Shown here one piece after another: positions 29,622 to 40,200 of a stretch of 64,000 nt of DNA (positions are counted from its first letter, which is position 1; every line of letters begins with the position of its first letter). Where the stretch lies: assembly GCA_963662615.2 (NCBI GenBank), contig CAXXSR010000001.1:832001-896000 (forward strand), written 5' to 3'. This DNA comes from Dehalococcoidia bacterium. Lineage in GTDB: Bacteria > Chloroflexota > Dehalococcoidia > Bin125. A program made the translations under genes and the position numbers. The notes beneath the pieces are model-generated. The model saw nothing but the letters and a program-made list of their open reading frames with translations. It was not told the DNA's origin and searched no databases.

Positions 29622-30680
29622 CAGGCGGCCTCCAACGACTCCGCGCGCGACTCCCCGCGCGAGGAGCGGCGAGGGCTGCGCACGCGCGCGCCGGCGAAGC
29701 TCAACTTGACGCTGGAGGTGCTGCGCAAACGGGACGACGGCTATCACGAGATCGCCTCCGTGCTGCAGACCGTCGATCTGGCCGACACGCTGACTATTGT
29801 TCCAGCCGACACTGTCGTTCCCGCCGGCACTGTCGCCCGCGGCGACGAACTGCGGATCGACTTCCAAGACGAAGAGGGCCGGCCGTTGCCCGTGCGCCTG
29901 GAGGGGGAGCTGGTGGCGCGGAGCTGGGAGGCCGTGCGCGCGCGCTTCGGCGTGGAAGCGACGGCGGCCGTGATGGTGACGAAGCGGATCCCGATCGCGG
30001 GAGGGCTCGGGGGCGGATCGGCGGACGCGGCCGCCTTCCTGCGATTGGCCCGCGCCTGGTGGGCGCTGCCCGTCGACGATGCCGAGCTTGGCGCCCTGGC
30101 GGCGTCGATCGGCTCGGACGTGCCGGCCTTGCTGAGGGGCGGCACGGTGCTGGTGGAAGGGCGGGGCGAGCGGGTTACGGGGCTGCCCGCCGCCACTGCT
30201 CCGGCAGAGGGCCCTGGGGCGGAAGAGCCGGCGGCGCTGATCTACACGCCGGAGGTGCCGTTGCCGGCGGAGAAAACGCGGACGATGTTCGCCTCGCTGC
30301 GATCGAGCGACTTGGGCGGCGGCGCGCGCACGCAGCGGTTGGCCGAGAAGCTGGGGCGGGGTGAGCGCATCGCCCCCGGCGACCTCCACAACGCCTTTGA
30401 CCGCGTCGCCAATGAGGTGTTGATCGGGGTGCAGGCGGCGCGTCGTCGGTTCGCCGCGGCGCTGCCGCGCGAACTGGGCCTGGTGCCAACGCTGGCCGGG
30501 GCCGGGCCCAGCCTCTTCGTGATCGGGCCGGCGGCGGCGCTGCAGCCGGCGCAGAGGGCGCTGGACGGGAGGGGCGGGCGGGCCTGGCTGGCGCGGCCGC
30601 TGGGACGGGCGGAGGCCGCGCGTGTGGAAGGTATCGGGCCGGCGATCGGGCCAGCGATCGGGCCGGCGATCGGGCCGTAG
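29538..30680 (+). CDS. ispE: 4-diphosphocytidyl-2-C-methyl-D-erythritol kinase
   Basis: APAKLNLTL, DGYHEI, KRIP..GGLGGGSADAA, GSDVP, GRGE; repeat-derived N- and C-terminal extensions. Confidence 0.92.
   Translation: MKRHDVKRPAMKHRAMKRNAVNRNVMNGQAASNDSARDSPREERRGLRTRAPAKLNLTLEVLRKRDDGYHEIASVLQTVDLADTLTIVPADTVVPAGTVARGDELRIDFQDEEGRPLPVRLEGELVARSWEAVRARFGVEATAAVMVTKRIPIAGGLGGGSADAAAFLRLARAWWALPVDDAELGALAASIGSDVPALLRGGTVLVEGRGERVTGLPAATAPAEGPGAEEPAALIYTPEVPLPAEKTRTMFASLRSSDLGGGARTQRLAEKLGRGERIAPGDLHNAFDRVANEVLIGVQAARRRFAAALPRELGLVPTLAGAGPSLFVIGPAAALQPAQRALDGRGGRAWLARPLGRAEAARVEGIGPAIGPAIGPAIGP
30633..30677 (+). repeat. 12-bp tandem repeat (ATCGGGCCGGCG x about 4) before ispE stop
   Basis: Encodes IGPA IGPA IGPA IGP-stop. 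Confidence 0.9.
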
Positions 30681-30699
30681 CGAAGGGCGAGGCGCCGGG

Positions 30700-31113
30700 G
30701 TGGAGTCGCTGCTGGCCGGAGTCGTCGCGGGCCACGCGATGGGGCTGTTCTCGCTGGGCCTCTTGGCGCCGTCGCTGTTGCGGCTGGAGGCACGGGTGCG
30801 GAGCGTACAGGCGCGGCTGCGACGGGGAACGCCCCTACCCGTCGTCACGGCCGGGCTGGCCGTGGCGGGACAGGCGCTGTGGGCGCTGACCGGCTTGGCC
30901 TTCGGGGCCGCCTATTGGGCCATCCGCGCCAACGCGGAAGGAGGGCTGGGGAGCCCCGCCTGGGGCTTCACGGTCGTGATCGTGGTGCTGGCGGCGGCGG
31001 GCGTCGCCGTGGCGGTGACGGTGCAGCCGGGCTGGTGGCGGCGCGCCGCCCTGGCCGCGCTGGCCTTCGCGGGCGCCTTCGGCTGGCTCCTTCCCAATCT
31101 CGCGGAAGCCTGA
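30700..31113 (+). CDS. Hypothetical integral membrane protein
   Basis: About four hydrophobic segments; fills ispE-dinG gap; GTG at 30700. Confidence 0.75.
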   Translation: MESLLAGVVAGHAMGLFSLGLLAPSLLRLEARVRSVQARLRRGTPLPVVTAGLAVAGQALWALTGLAFGAAYWAIRANAEGGLGSPAWGFTVVIVVLAAAGVAVAVTVQPGWWRRAALAALAFAGAFGWLLPNLAEA

Positions 31114-31196
31114 GCGGGCCGTCGCTGGCGCGCTGCGATAGGCTGTGCCCGATCGCGGCCCCAATCCCCGACGGTCGGGCTGGACGAGGAGCAGGC

Positions 31197-34136
31197 ATGG
31201 CCGCGCGCACGTACGTGGCCGTCGACCTGGAGACGACGGGGCTGGAGGCGGGGCGCGACCGGATCACGGAAGTGGGCATGGTCCGCTTCACCCTGGAAGG
31301 GGTGCAGCGGAGCTACTCCTCGCTGGTCAACCCCGAGATCCCGATCCCCTTTCGGATTGCACGGCTCACCGGCATTAGCGACGGCGACGTGCGCGACGCC
31401 CCCCGCTTCGGCAGCATCCGGCTGGACGTGGAAGAGTTCCTGGGCGACGCCGTCGTGGTGGGGCAGAACGTCGGCTTCGATCTCGCCTTCCTGGCGGAGG
31501 AGGGGATCGTCCCGGCGGGGCCGGCCTACGACACTCTGGCGCTGGTGTCGCTGCTGCAGCCGCGCCGGCGCGACCGCCGCCTGGCGGCGCTGGCGGAGGG
31601 CTACGGCATTGAGGCGCCGGTGGCCCATCGCGCGCTGGCCGACGCCGAGACCGCCCGCCGCGTTTTCCTGGCCCTCTACGAAGAGGCGCGGGAGCTGCCC
31701 GCGGAGCTGCTGCGTGAGCTGATCGCGTTGGGCGACGACGGCGACGGGTCGCCGGTCGCGCTTCTGCGCGAGATCGCGCGGGAGCGCGGGCCGGCAAGCA
31801 CTGCGCCCCCGAGCGTTGCGCCGCCGTCGTCGGTGGCGAGGTCGCGGCCGGCGCCGCCGGTGCCGCTGCTGCGGCCGGCGGACGGTTCGCTCGAGCAAGC
31901 GGCCGCGGCCCCGAGCGCGGTGGAGGCCCCGAGGGTAGGGGAGGTGTTGCGACCGCCGCCGCTGCCATCGCGGCCACCGCTGGTTGAGGCGGTGGCGGAG
32001 GACGATCGCCCCTTAGCGGAGCGGGCGCTGGCGGTGCTGGCGGCGGGCCGTCGCCACGAAGAGCTGTTCGGCGCTTTTGAGGAGCGGCCGGAGCAGGTGG
32101 GCATGACGCGCGCCGTGGCCAGGGCCATGGCGGAGGGCCGCCATCTCGTGGTGGAGGCGGGGACCGGGACGGGCAAGTCGCTGGCCTATCTGATCCCGGC
32201 GGCGTTGCAGGCGCTGGAGAGCGGCCGTCGCGTCGTCGTCAGCACCAACACGATCAATCTCCAAGAGCAGCTCGTGGGCAAGGACGTCCCGGCGCTGCGG
32301 GCGTTGCTGCGCGACGTGGTGGGGGAGGAGGCGGCGGACGCGCTGAGGGTGTCGCCGCTCAAGGGGCGGCGCAACTACCTCTGCCTGCGGCGGCTGGCGC
32401 ACGAGCGCGCCGGCGGCGGCCAGGCGGGCGTGGACGCGCGGCTGCTGGGGCGCATCTTGGTTTGGCTGCGGGAGACCGAGAGCGGCGACCGCACGGAGCT
32501 GCGCTTGAGCCCGGAGGAGGAGGCGGCCTGGCCGCACTACAGCGCCGAGGGCGAGGACTGCCTGTCCAGTCGCAGCAATCCCTACGTGCGCGACGGCAGC
32601 TGCTTTCTCCTGCGCGCCCGCAAAGCGGCGGAGGCGGCGCACATCGTCATCGTCAACCACGCCCTACTGCTGAGCGATCTCGCGGCCGGGGGCAGCGTCC
32701 TGCCGGCAAGCGATACGACGGTCATTGACGAGGCGCATCATTTGGAAGAGTCGGCCACGCAGCACCTCGGCGCGGCGGTGAGCCTGGCCTCGTTCAGCGA
32801 ACTGCTCGACCGCGTGCAGCGCCCGGGACCGCGGGGGCGCGACGCCGGCATCGTGGCCGCCGTGGCGGCAGGCCCGGCCCCCGACGGTGGCGTCGATGCG
32901 TCGGCGCAGGCGGAGCTGCTGCGGTTAACGGGGCCGCTGCCCGCCGCCGTCGCCGCCGCCCGCGAGGCGCTGCTGGCGCTGTTCACGGGGCTGCGTCGCT
33001 TCACGGACGACAGCGCCGAAGATCGGTTCGCCGGCGAGCAGCGGCTGCGGCTGACCCCGGCGCAACGGGCGCAGCCGGACTGGAGCGGCGTGGAGATTCA
33101 GTGGGAGACGGCGTTCGCGCGGCTGCGCGAGGTTGAGGCCAACGTGGCGGAGCTACAGGAAGGGTTGGAAGAGTCCGACACCGAAGCGCATGAATCGCTG
33201 GCCGGCGATTGCGGCTCGTTCCGGGAGGCGCTGGCCGAGCGCACGGAGCTGTGCGGCGACCTGCTGACGCAGAACGACGCGGACACGATCGTCTGGCTCC
33301 GCACCCTCAGGCGCTCCGACGTCGCCACCGTACAGGCCGCGCCGCTGCGAGTGGACGCGCTGCTCTCCGAAGGCCTGTTCGACGCCAAGCGCAGCGTGGT
33401 CCTCACGGGCGCCACGCTGGCCGTCGCGGGCAGATTCGACTACCTGCGCGAGCGCGTGGGCGCGGCGGAGAGCGACGAGGAGCGGTTCGGCTCGCCCTTC
33501 GACTTCCGTCGCGCCGTGCGCCTGCTCCTGCCCACGGACATGCCGGCGCCGTCGGAGCGCGGCTATCAAGAATCGATGGAGGAGACGCTGGTGGAGCTGG
33601 TGCAGGCCAGTGACGGTCGCGCGCTGGTCCTGTTCACGTCGCACGGGGCGTTGCGCGCGACCGCCAACGGCATCCGGGGCCCGCTGGAGCAGGCCGGCAT
33701 CCTGGTGCTGGCGCAAGGGCCGGACGGATCGCCCGGCCGCGTCATTGCGGCGCTGCAGGAGAACCCCCGGGCGGTGGTGCTGGGGACGGCGTCGTTGTGG
33801 GAGGGCGTGGATATGCCGGGCCCCACGGTGTCGCTGCTGGTCATTGCGCGGCTGCCGTTCGCCGTGCCCAGCGACCCCGTCTACGCCGCGCGCGCGGAGC
33901 TGTACGACGAGCCCTTCATGCAGTACGCGGTGCCCCAGGCGATCGTGCGATTCCGCCAGGGCTTCGGCCGCCTGATCCGGCGGCGCGACGATCGCGGCGT
34001 GGTGGCGGTGCTGGACGGCCGCATCACCAGCAAGGGCTACGGGGGCGCCTTCGTGCGGTCGCTGCCGCCGGTGGCGATCGCGCGGCTGGCGCTGCACGAG
34101 TTCGGCGCGGCGACGGCGGAGTGGCTGCAGCGGTGA
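31197..34136 (+). CDS. dinG: DinG-family helicase with N-terminal DEDDh 3'-5' exonuclease
   Basis: DLETTG, N..FD, HRALADA; EAGTGTGKSLAYL, NHALL, DEAHH, LFTS, WEGVD, QGFGRLIR; GAGGAG before ATG 31197. Confidence 0.95.
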   Translation: MAARTYVAVDLETTGLEAGRDRITEVGMVRFTLEGVQRSYSSLVNPEIPIPFRIARLTGISDGDVRDAPRFGSIRLDVEEFLGDAVVVGQNVGFDLAFLAEEGIVPAGPAYDTLALVSLLQPRRRDRRLAALAEGYGIEAPVAHRALADAETARRVFLALYEEARELPAELLRELIALGDDGDGSPVALLREIARERGPASTAPPSVAPPSSVARSRPAPPVPLLRPADGSLEQAAAAPSAVEAPRVGEVLRPPPLPSRPPLVEAVAEDDRPLAERALAVLAAGRRHEELFGAFEERPEQVGMTRAVARAMAEGRHLVVEAGTGTGKSLAYLIPAALQALESGRRVVVSTNTINLQEQLVGKDVPALRALLRDVVGEEAADALRVSPLKGRRNYLCLRRLAHERAGGGQAGVDARLLGRILVWLRETESGDRTELRLSPEEEAAWPHYSAEGEDCLSSRSNPYVRDGSCFLLRARKAAEAAHIVIVNHALLLSDLAAGGSVLPASDTTVIDEAHHLEESATQHLGAAVSLASFSELLDRVQRPGPRGRDAGIVAAVAAGPAPDGGVDASAQAELLRLTGPLPAAVAAAREALLALFTGLRRFTDDSAEDRFAGEQRLRLTPAQRAQPDWSGVEIQWETAFARLREVEANVAELQEGLEESDTEAHESLAGDCGSFREALAERTELCGDLLTQNDADTIVWLRTLRRSDVATVQAAPLRVDALLSEGLFDAKRSVVLTGATLAVAGRFDYLRERVGAAESDEERFGSPFDFRRAVRLLLPTDMPAPSERGYQESMEETLVELVQASDGRALVLFTSHGALRATANGIRGPLEQAGILVLAQGPDGSPGRVIAALQENPRAVVLGTASLWEGVDMPGPTVSLLVIARLPFAVPSDPVYAARAELYDEPFMQYAVPQAIVRFRQGFGRLIRRRDDRGVVAVLDGRITSKGYGGAFVRSLPPVAIARLALHEFGAATAEWLQR

Positions 34137-34624
34137 CCGCGGGCGCCGGTCCCGGCTGGCCGGCGCTGCTGCGCTCGCGTCGGGTCACGCTGCGGGCGTT
34201 GCGGTCGGCGGAGCCGGCGCCGGACTGGCTGCCGGAGGCGGAGCGGGCCGTCCTGGGAGCGCCGCCGGGCTGCCGCCTGCGCGACCGCATTGACGCCGGT
34301 GACGCCGTCTACTGGATCCGTATGCCCGGCCAGCGTGGCGCGGCCGCCATTGGCGCTCTGGCCGCGCGCGAAGAGAGCGGGGCGCTGCTCTGGACCTGGC
34401 TGGCGGTGGGGGCGGAGCGGCGCCACTTCGGCTACGGCGGCGCGGCCGTGCCGCTGCTGGAACGGGCGGCCCATCGCGCGGGGATGCGCCGGGGGCGCGT
34501 GCTGGTGGCGGCGCGCAACGGGGTCGCGCTCTACTTCTGGCTTCGGCTGGGCTACCGGCCCCGTCCCGATGCTCGTTGGCCCAAGCCGTGCGCGGGCACC
34601 TGGATGGAGCGCGAGCAGCTCTGA
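34133..34624 (+). CDS. GNAT-fold N-acetyltransferase-like protein
   Basis: LAV....R.FGYG (motif A-like), N..ALYFW.RLGY (motif B-like); GTGA overlap with dinG stop. Confidence 0.75.
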   Translation: MTAGAGPGWPALLRSRRVTLRALRSAEPAPDWLPEAERAVLGAPPGCRLRDRIDAGDAVYWIRMPGQRGAAAIGALAAREESGALLWTWLAVGAERRHFGYGGAAVPLLERAAHRAGMRRGRVLVAARNGVALYFWLRLGYRPRPDARWPKPCAGTWMEREQL

Positions 34625-34640
34625 CCGGCGGCGCTGTGGC

Positions 34641-34964
34641 TCAGGTTTCGTCGTCGCCGGGGTCGTATTCGGCGTCGGTATCACCCCGCAGCTGCGCCCG
34701 CCGTCGCTCGCGCAGGCGGCCGGTGAGAAGCCGCGAGAGCCCCATGCCCATGCCCAAGGCGCCGGCCAAGAACGCCACGGCGCCGACAGTCTCCGAGAAG
34801 GCGAGGAGAGCGCCGAGCCAGAGTCCGACCGAGAAGGCGAGGACGATGCCCACCGTGGGTCGCCACCACGGGCGCAACTCCAGGCCCGGGGCCGCGCGGC
34901 GCAGCGCCCCCTGGGGCCCGCGACGGGAGCGGGGTCGGCGGCGGCGGCGACGCTGTCTTGGCAT
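34641..34964 (-). CDS. Hypothetical membrane protein
   Basis: Basic N-terminus, two hydrophobic helices, acidic tail; GGGAG RBS. Confidence 0.75.
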   Translation of the reverse strand: MPRQRRRRRRPRSRRGPQGALRRAAPGLELRPWWRPTVGIVLAFSVGLWLGALLAFSETVGAVAFLAGALGMGMGLSRLLTGRLRERRRAQLRGDTDAEYDPGDDET

Positions 34965-34982
34965 GGCTCCCTTAGGGCTGTC

Positions 34983-36332
34983 TTAACGCGGTGCGGGCCG
35001 CGTGCTCTGTCCTTGCCGGCGTCGTGCCCGGGAAGGAGGGGGTGCGCCGCGTCGCGATTCTACCCAAGCGGCAGCAGGTGCGGCAGCGGCGGGGCCGGGG
35101 GGGAGGTCAGCGTCGATGCGGGCGTCGCGGAGGCGCTCCAGCCAGGCGCCGAGGGCGGGACCGGCGGGCACGCCCAAGCGTCGCAGCGCGGCCGCGCTCA
35201 GCGGCGGCTCCACCAGGCTCCAGTCGTTCAGGTAGGCGTCAATGCGCGTGGCCGCGCGGCCGGGCCAGAGCGCACGCGCAGCCAGCAGGGACGCCGGCGG
35301 CAGCGGTCGCAGGCTCTGGGCGAGGGCGCTGGGCCGGGACGCGGGGCGGACCAGGGCCCGGCGCAGGTGGCGGAGTTGGAGGGCGCCCTCCAGCGCCGCG
35401 CGCTCGTCCCGCTGCAGGTCGCAGCGCCGCGCCAATTGCGCCGCGATGCGGGCCCGGCTCTCCGCCTCACCGGCAAGGGTCAGGCCCACGAGCGCCCAGA
35501 ACGCGGGCGCGGCGGGCGGCTGGTTCCCGGTATCGCCGCGGGCGTCGAAGGCGCGCAGCAGGCGCGGCGGCAGGGTCCAATCGGGCTGCCACGTGTCCGG
35601 CAGGCGCAGGCGCTGGGCCCGGGCCAGGGCGTTGGTTTCGGTGGCGCCGGCGGCGTCCTGGAGGAGCAGTCGCCAAGCGGCGCCGAAGCGGGGCGCCGTG
35701 AGCGTGCGCAGGTAGTGACGATCGCGGCGCGCAGCCGCCAGCGTGGCGGGAGTCAAGCGCCCGCCGATGCGGGCCGCGTAACGACAGGCGCGGATCAGGC
35801 GGGTGGGGTCGTCGCGGAAGGAGGCGTCGTGAAGGATGCGCACGCGCCCGGCGGCGAGGTCGTCGCGGCCGTTGCAAGGGTCGAGGAGGGCGCCCGCGCT
35901 GGGGCCCGTAAGGGCGAGCGCGATGGCGTTGATGCTGAAATCGCGCCGGTGCAGGTCCTCGGCGATGGGCGCCGGCTCCACCAGGGGCAGGGCGCCGGGA
36001 CGGGGATAGCGCTCGCGACGGCTGCGGGCCAGGTCCAGGGCGCCGTCCTGGAGCCGCAGGGCGGCCGTGCCGAAGCGGTCGTGCGGGGCCAGCGTCGCGC
36101 CGGTCGTCGCCGCGACGGCTCGTGCCAGCCCCAGCGCGTCGCCCTCAACGGCCAAGTCCAAGTCCGGCAGGCGCGCGGGGGCGCCGGGGCGCAGGAGATC
36201 GCGGACGGCGCCGCCGACGAGGTAGAGCGGCGTATCGGTGCGGACGGCCTCACGGCGGCAGGCGCGCAGGAGCCGGCGCGCGCTGGGGCTGAGGCGCAGG
36301 AGCAGCTGCTTGACCAGGTCGTCTGTTTTCAT
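34983..36332 (-). CDS. cca: CCA-adding tRNA nucleotidyltransferase / poly(A) polymerase family
   Basis: YLVGGAVRD, DLD, R.E.Y, EDLHRRDFSINA, DDPTR..RA.RY, GP..G. Confidence 0.9.
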   Translation of the reverse strand: MKTDDLVKQLLLRLSPSARRLLRACRREAVRTDTPLYLVGGAVRDLLRPGAPARLPDLDLAVEGDALGLARAVAATTGATLAPHDRFGTAALRLQDGALDLARSRRERYPRPGALPLVEPAPIAEDLHRRDFSINAIALALTGPSAGALLDPCNGRDDLAAGRVRILHDASFRDDPTRLIRACRYAARIGGRLTPATLAAARRDRHYLRTLTAPRFGAAWRLLLQDAAGATETNALARAQRLRLPDTWQPDWTLPPRLLRAFDARGDTGNQPPAAPAFWALVGLTLAGEAESRARIAAQLARRCDLQRDERAALEGALQLRHLRRALVRPASRPSALAQSLRPLPPASLLAARALWPGRAATRIDAYLNDWSLVEPPLSAAALRRLGVPAGPALGAWLERLRDARIDADLPPGPAAAAPAAAWVESRRGAPPPSRARRRQGQSTRPAPR

Positions 36333-36447
36333 AAGATGGTGGCCGGGGTGAGCGGCCCCAGGGCTAAACTGTGCATGTGTCTAAGCGGCTACCTTGTTTG
36401 ACTGCCAGAGAGCGCCGGCCGATGGCGTCGCCGGGGACGCCGTGCCT

Positions 36448-37206
36448 GTGAGCGCCGCCGCCCGGCCCCTTCGCGGCGGTGTTCGCGGTGGTGTTCGCGG
36501 TGGTGGTGGCCGCCTGGACGCGCTGGCCCGGCGCTTGGGGCATCGCTTTCAGGATCCCACCCTCCTTCGTCGGGCCATGATCCACCGTTCCTACCTCAAT
36601 GAGAACCCGGACGAAGGGGTGGAGTCGAACGAGCGGCTGGAATTCTTGGGGGACGCGGTCTTGGGATCGGTGGTCTCGCGACGGCTCTACCATGACTATC
36701 CCCACGCGGCCGAGGGCTGGCTGACGGAGGTCCGCTCGCGACTGGTGCGCAACGAGACGCTGGCGCTGCTGGCGCTGGACTACGAGCTGGGCCGCTACCT
36801 GGTGCTGGGCAAGGGTGTGGAGGCGCAGGGCGGACGGGAGCGCCCGGCCATCCTGGGCCGCGCCTTCGAAGCCGTGATCGGCGCGATCCACCTCGATGGG
36901 GGGGTGCGGGCGGCGCGGCGCTTCATCCTGCAGGCGCTGGCCGCGGAGCTGGGGACGATCGCCGTGGCCGGCCTGGAGCGCGACCCCAAGAGCCTCCTGC
37001 AGCAGGCCTGTCAGGCGCACTGGCGGACCGTGCCGAACTATCGCACCGTGGAGGAGCGAGGCCCCGCGCACGACCGCGACTTTCGCGTGGAGGTGCGCTT
37101 GGACGGCAAGGTGATGGGCAGCGGCGAGGGCAAAAGCAAGCAGGCGGCGCAGCAAGCGGCGGCGGAGGCGGCGCTGCGCGCGTTGCCGGTGGAGGCGCTG
37201 GCCTGA
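36448..37206 (+). CDS. rnc: Ribonuclease III
   Basis: HRSY, NERLEFLGDAVL, FEA.IGA, DPKS.LQ and dsRBD; start approximate. Confidence 0.97.
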   Translation: MSAAARPLRGGVRGGVRGGGGRLDALARRLGHRFQDPTLLRRAMIHRSYLNENPDEGVESNERLEFLGDAVLGSVVSRRLYHDYPHAAEGWLTEVRSRLVRNETLALLALDYELGRYLVLGKGVEAQGGRERPAILGRAFEAVIGAIHLDGGVRAARRFILQALAAELGTIAVAGLERDPKSLLQQACQAHWRTVPNYRTVEERGPAHDRDFRVEVRLDGKVMGSGEGKSKQAAQQAAAEAALRALPVEALA

Positions 37207-37271
37207 GACGCGGAGGGCGGGCGCCGGCCTGCTGGGGCTGCTAGGGCGAGCCGCCGGTATAGTGGGCGATC

Positions 37272-40200
37272 ATGCACTTCAAACGGTTGGAGATTCAGGG
37301 CTACAAGGCGTTCGCGACGCGAACGGTCTTCGACATTGACCCCGGCATCACGGCGGTCGTGGGCCCCAACGGCTCCGGCAAATCCAACATCATGGACGCC
37401 CTGCGCTGGGTGATGGGCGAGACCGCTAACCGGCACATGCGCGCGAACCGACTGGAGGAGGTCATCTTCACCGGCTCCCAGCAGCGCGCGCCCACCGGCA
37501 TGGCGGAGGTGCGGGTGGTCCTGAACAACGACGACGGCTGGCTGCCGCTCGACCCGGGCGAGGTGAGCGTGACCCGGCGTGTGCATCGCAGCGGCGACTC
37601 CGAGTTCCTGATCAACGACAAGCCGGTGCGCCTGCGCGAGATCCAGCAACTGTTCAGCCGGGGCGGCTTGGGTGCAGGCTCCTACGCCTTGATGGGTCAA
37701 GGACTCGTGGAGGAGGTGCTGCGCCTGAAGCCGGAGGAGCGACGCGGGCTGATTGAGGAGGTTGCCGACGTACGCCGGCATCGACGGCAGATGGAGGAGG
37801 CGCGGCGGCGGCGGCAGGAGTCGCACGAGAACTTGGAACGGGTGCGGCTGCTGGTGGAGGAGATTGAGCCGCGCCGGCGCACGCTGGAACGGCAGGCCAA
37901 GCGGGCGCTCCAGCACGCCGACCTGACGGCTGAGCTGCGCGCGGCCCTGCGCCGCTTTTACGGACAGGAAGGGCGCCGCCTGCAGGCCGAGCTGGCCGCG
38001 CGGGCGGGCGCCCGCGGGGAGCGTCGGGTCGCGCGGGACCGCGTGGCGCAGGAGGTCGCGGACGCGGAGGCGGCGCTGGCCGCCTGGAACAGCGCCATCA
38101 GTGAAGCGCGCGCCGTCCAGGAGCGAGCGGAGGAAGAGCGGCGGCGGCGGGGCGCGCGCCTGCGCGAGCTGGAGCACGAGCGGGCCCTGGCCCGGCAGGG
38201 GGACGAGTTGCTGCAGCGGCGCCTGGAGGAGCTGCGGTCGGACGTGGCCGCCCTGACGGAGGAGGCGGAGAGCGCCGGCGCGCCGGCGGCGCCGGATCCG
38301 GGCGATGTGGACGTCGCGGCGCGCGATCAGGCGCTGGCGACCGCGCGCGACGCGCATCAGCGGGCACAGGCGGCGCTGGACGCCATCGATGGGGAGCAGG
38401 CCGCGCTCCGCCGCCGCAAGGCGGAGGCGGACGAGCGGCTGCGCCGGCTCGCCGTCGTGGCGGCGGAGGAGGAGCAGCGGCTCAAGGCCGTGGAGGACGA
38501 GCGCAGCGCTCTCAGCACGGCGGCGAACGAGCGGGCGGAGCGCATGACGCCGCTGCGGCGGCGTCTGGAGGCGGCGGCCGTCGCCGCCGGCGAGGCGGCG
38601 GCGCGCCTGGCCGCCAGCGGACCCGACGCCAACGCCGCCGGCGAAAGGCGCGACGAGCTGGCGCAGCGCCTCTACGGGGCCGGGGCGCGTCTGCGGGAGC
38701 TGGAGGCCGGCCGCGCCGAGCGCGACCGTCGCCTCACGCGCGCCCGCGACCGCTTGCAGATGCTGAAGGAGCTACAGGCGGAAAGTGAAGGGATGCAGCA
38801 AGGCTTACGCGCCCTCTTCGGGAGCCGCGGCGTCCCTCACGCCGGCGAGCCCACGGGCATCCCCGGCGTGGTGGGGGTCATCCGCCATCTCGTGCGGGCG
38901 CCACGGGGGCTGGAGCAGGCCATTGAGGCCGCCTTGCAGGACTACTTGGACGCCGTGATCTTTGAGTCCGCGACCGACGCTGTGGGCACCATTGAGGCGT
39001 TGATCGCCGAACGGGCGGGCCGTTTGGTGGCCCTGCCGCTGGACGAAATACGGCCGCGCAGTCCCCTGGTCCTGCCGCCCGAGCGGCACGTGATCGGCGT
39101 CGCCGCCCGGCTGGTGAAGTGTCACAGCCGCTATCGCGATCTGGTCAATACGCTGCTGGGCCGCACCATCGTGGTGGAGGACATCGACACGGCCCGGGCG
39201 CTGCTCAAGCGCGGGCTGGGCGCGGTGGTCACCCGCGACGGCCACCTGCTCCGCCCCAACGGCGCCATCGCCGGCGGACGCATCGCCGAGGCGGGCGCCT
39301 TTACGCGGGAGAATGAACTGCAATCGCTGCCGGCGCAGATCGAGCAGTTGGAACGGGATCTGGCGGAGAGCGCCGCCGTGGCGGAGCCGCGCGCCGAGCT
39401 GGAACGGCTGGAGCGCGAGCTGCAAGCAGCGGAGCGGACGAGCGAGGAGACGGCGGCCGCGCGTCGGCAGGCGCAGGAGGCCGCCGCCGCCCACGAGGCC
39501 GACGCCGTGCGGATGCGAGGCGAGCTGGCCGCGTTGGAGGCGGAGGGCGAGCAGGCGGCGCGGCGCCTGCAGAGCTTGACGGCGGAGGCGGCAACGCTGG
39601 AGGCGGCCGGGGAGCGCCGCGAGAACGAGCGGGCCGAGATGGAGGCCGCAGGCCCGGACGCGGCGGTGCGCCCGGATGAGGCGGCGCCGGCCGAGCGCCG
39701 GGCGGCGCAGGCGCGCTTGGTGGGCGAGGCGGCGGTACGGCTCAGCGTCCTGGAGGGCGAGGAGGGCGCGCTGCGTGAGGCGCTGCGCGGGCGCGAGGCA
39801 GCCCTAGCGCGGCTGCGCCAGCAAGGGCAGGCGCGACGCGCGCAGCTGGAGCGGGTCGAGGCGGAGCGTGTGGAACTGGCCGCGACGCTGGCGCGGCTGC
39901 AGCGGGAGTTGGCGGCGGCGCGCGACGCCCTTGCCGCCGCTGCCGAGGAGGGCGCGGAGGAAGGGACGCTGGCGCGGCTGGCGGCGCAGGAAAAGGGCCG
40001 GCGGGAGGCGGTGGGGGGCGCGCAACGGTCGCAGATCGGGGCGGAGCGGGCCCTGGTCGTGGCGGAGGCGGCCCACGAGGAGACGGAGGGCGCCTGCGCC
40101 CGGCTGCGCGAGCAGATGCGGAGCGACGAGTTCGCCATTGACGCCGAGGGCAGGGTCGTGACCGGGGGCGGGGCGCGGGTGCCCGCCTTCATGGCCCGCG

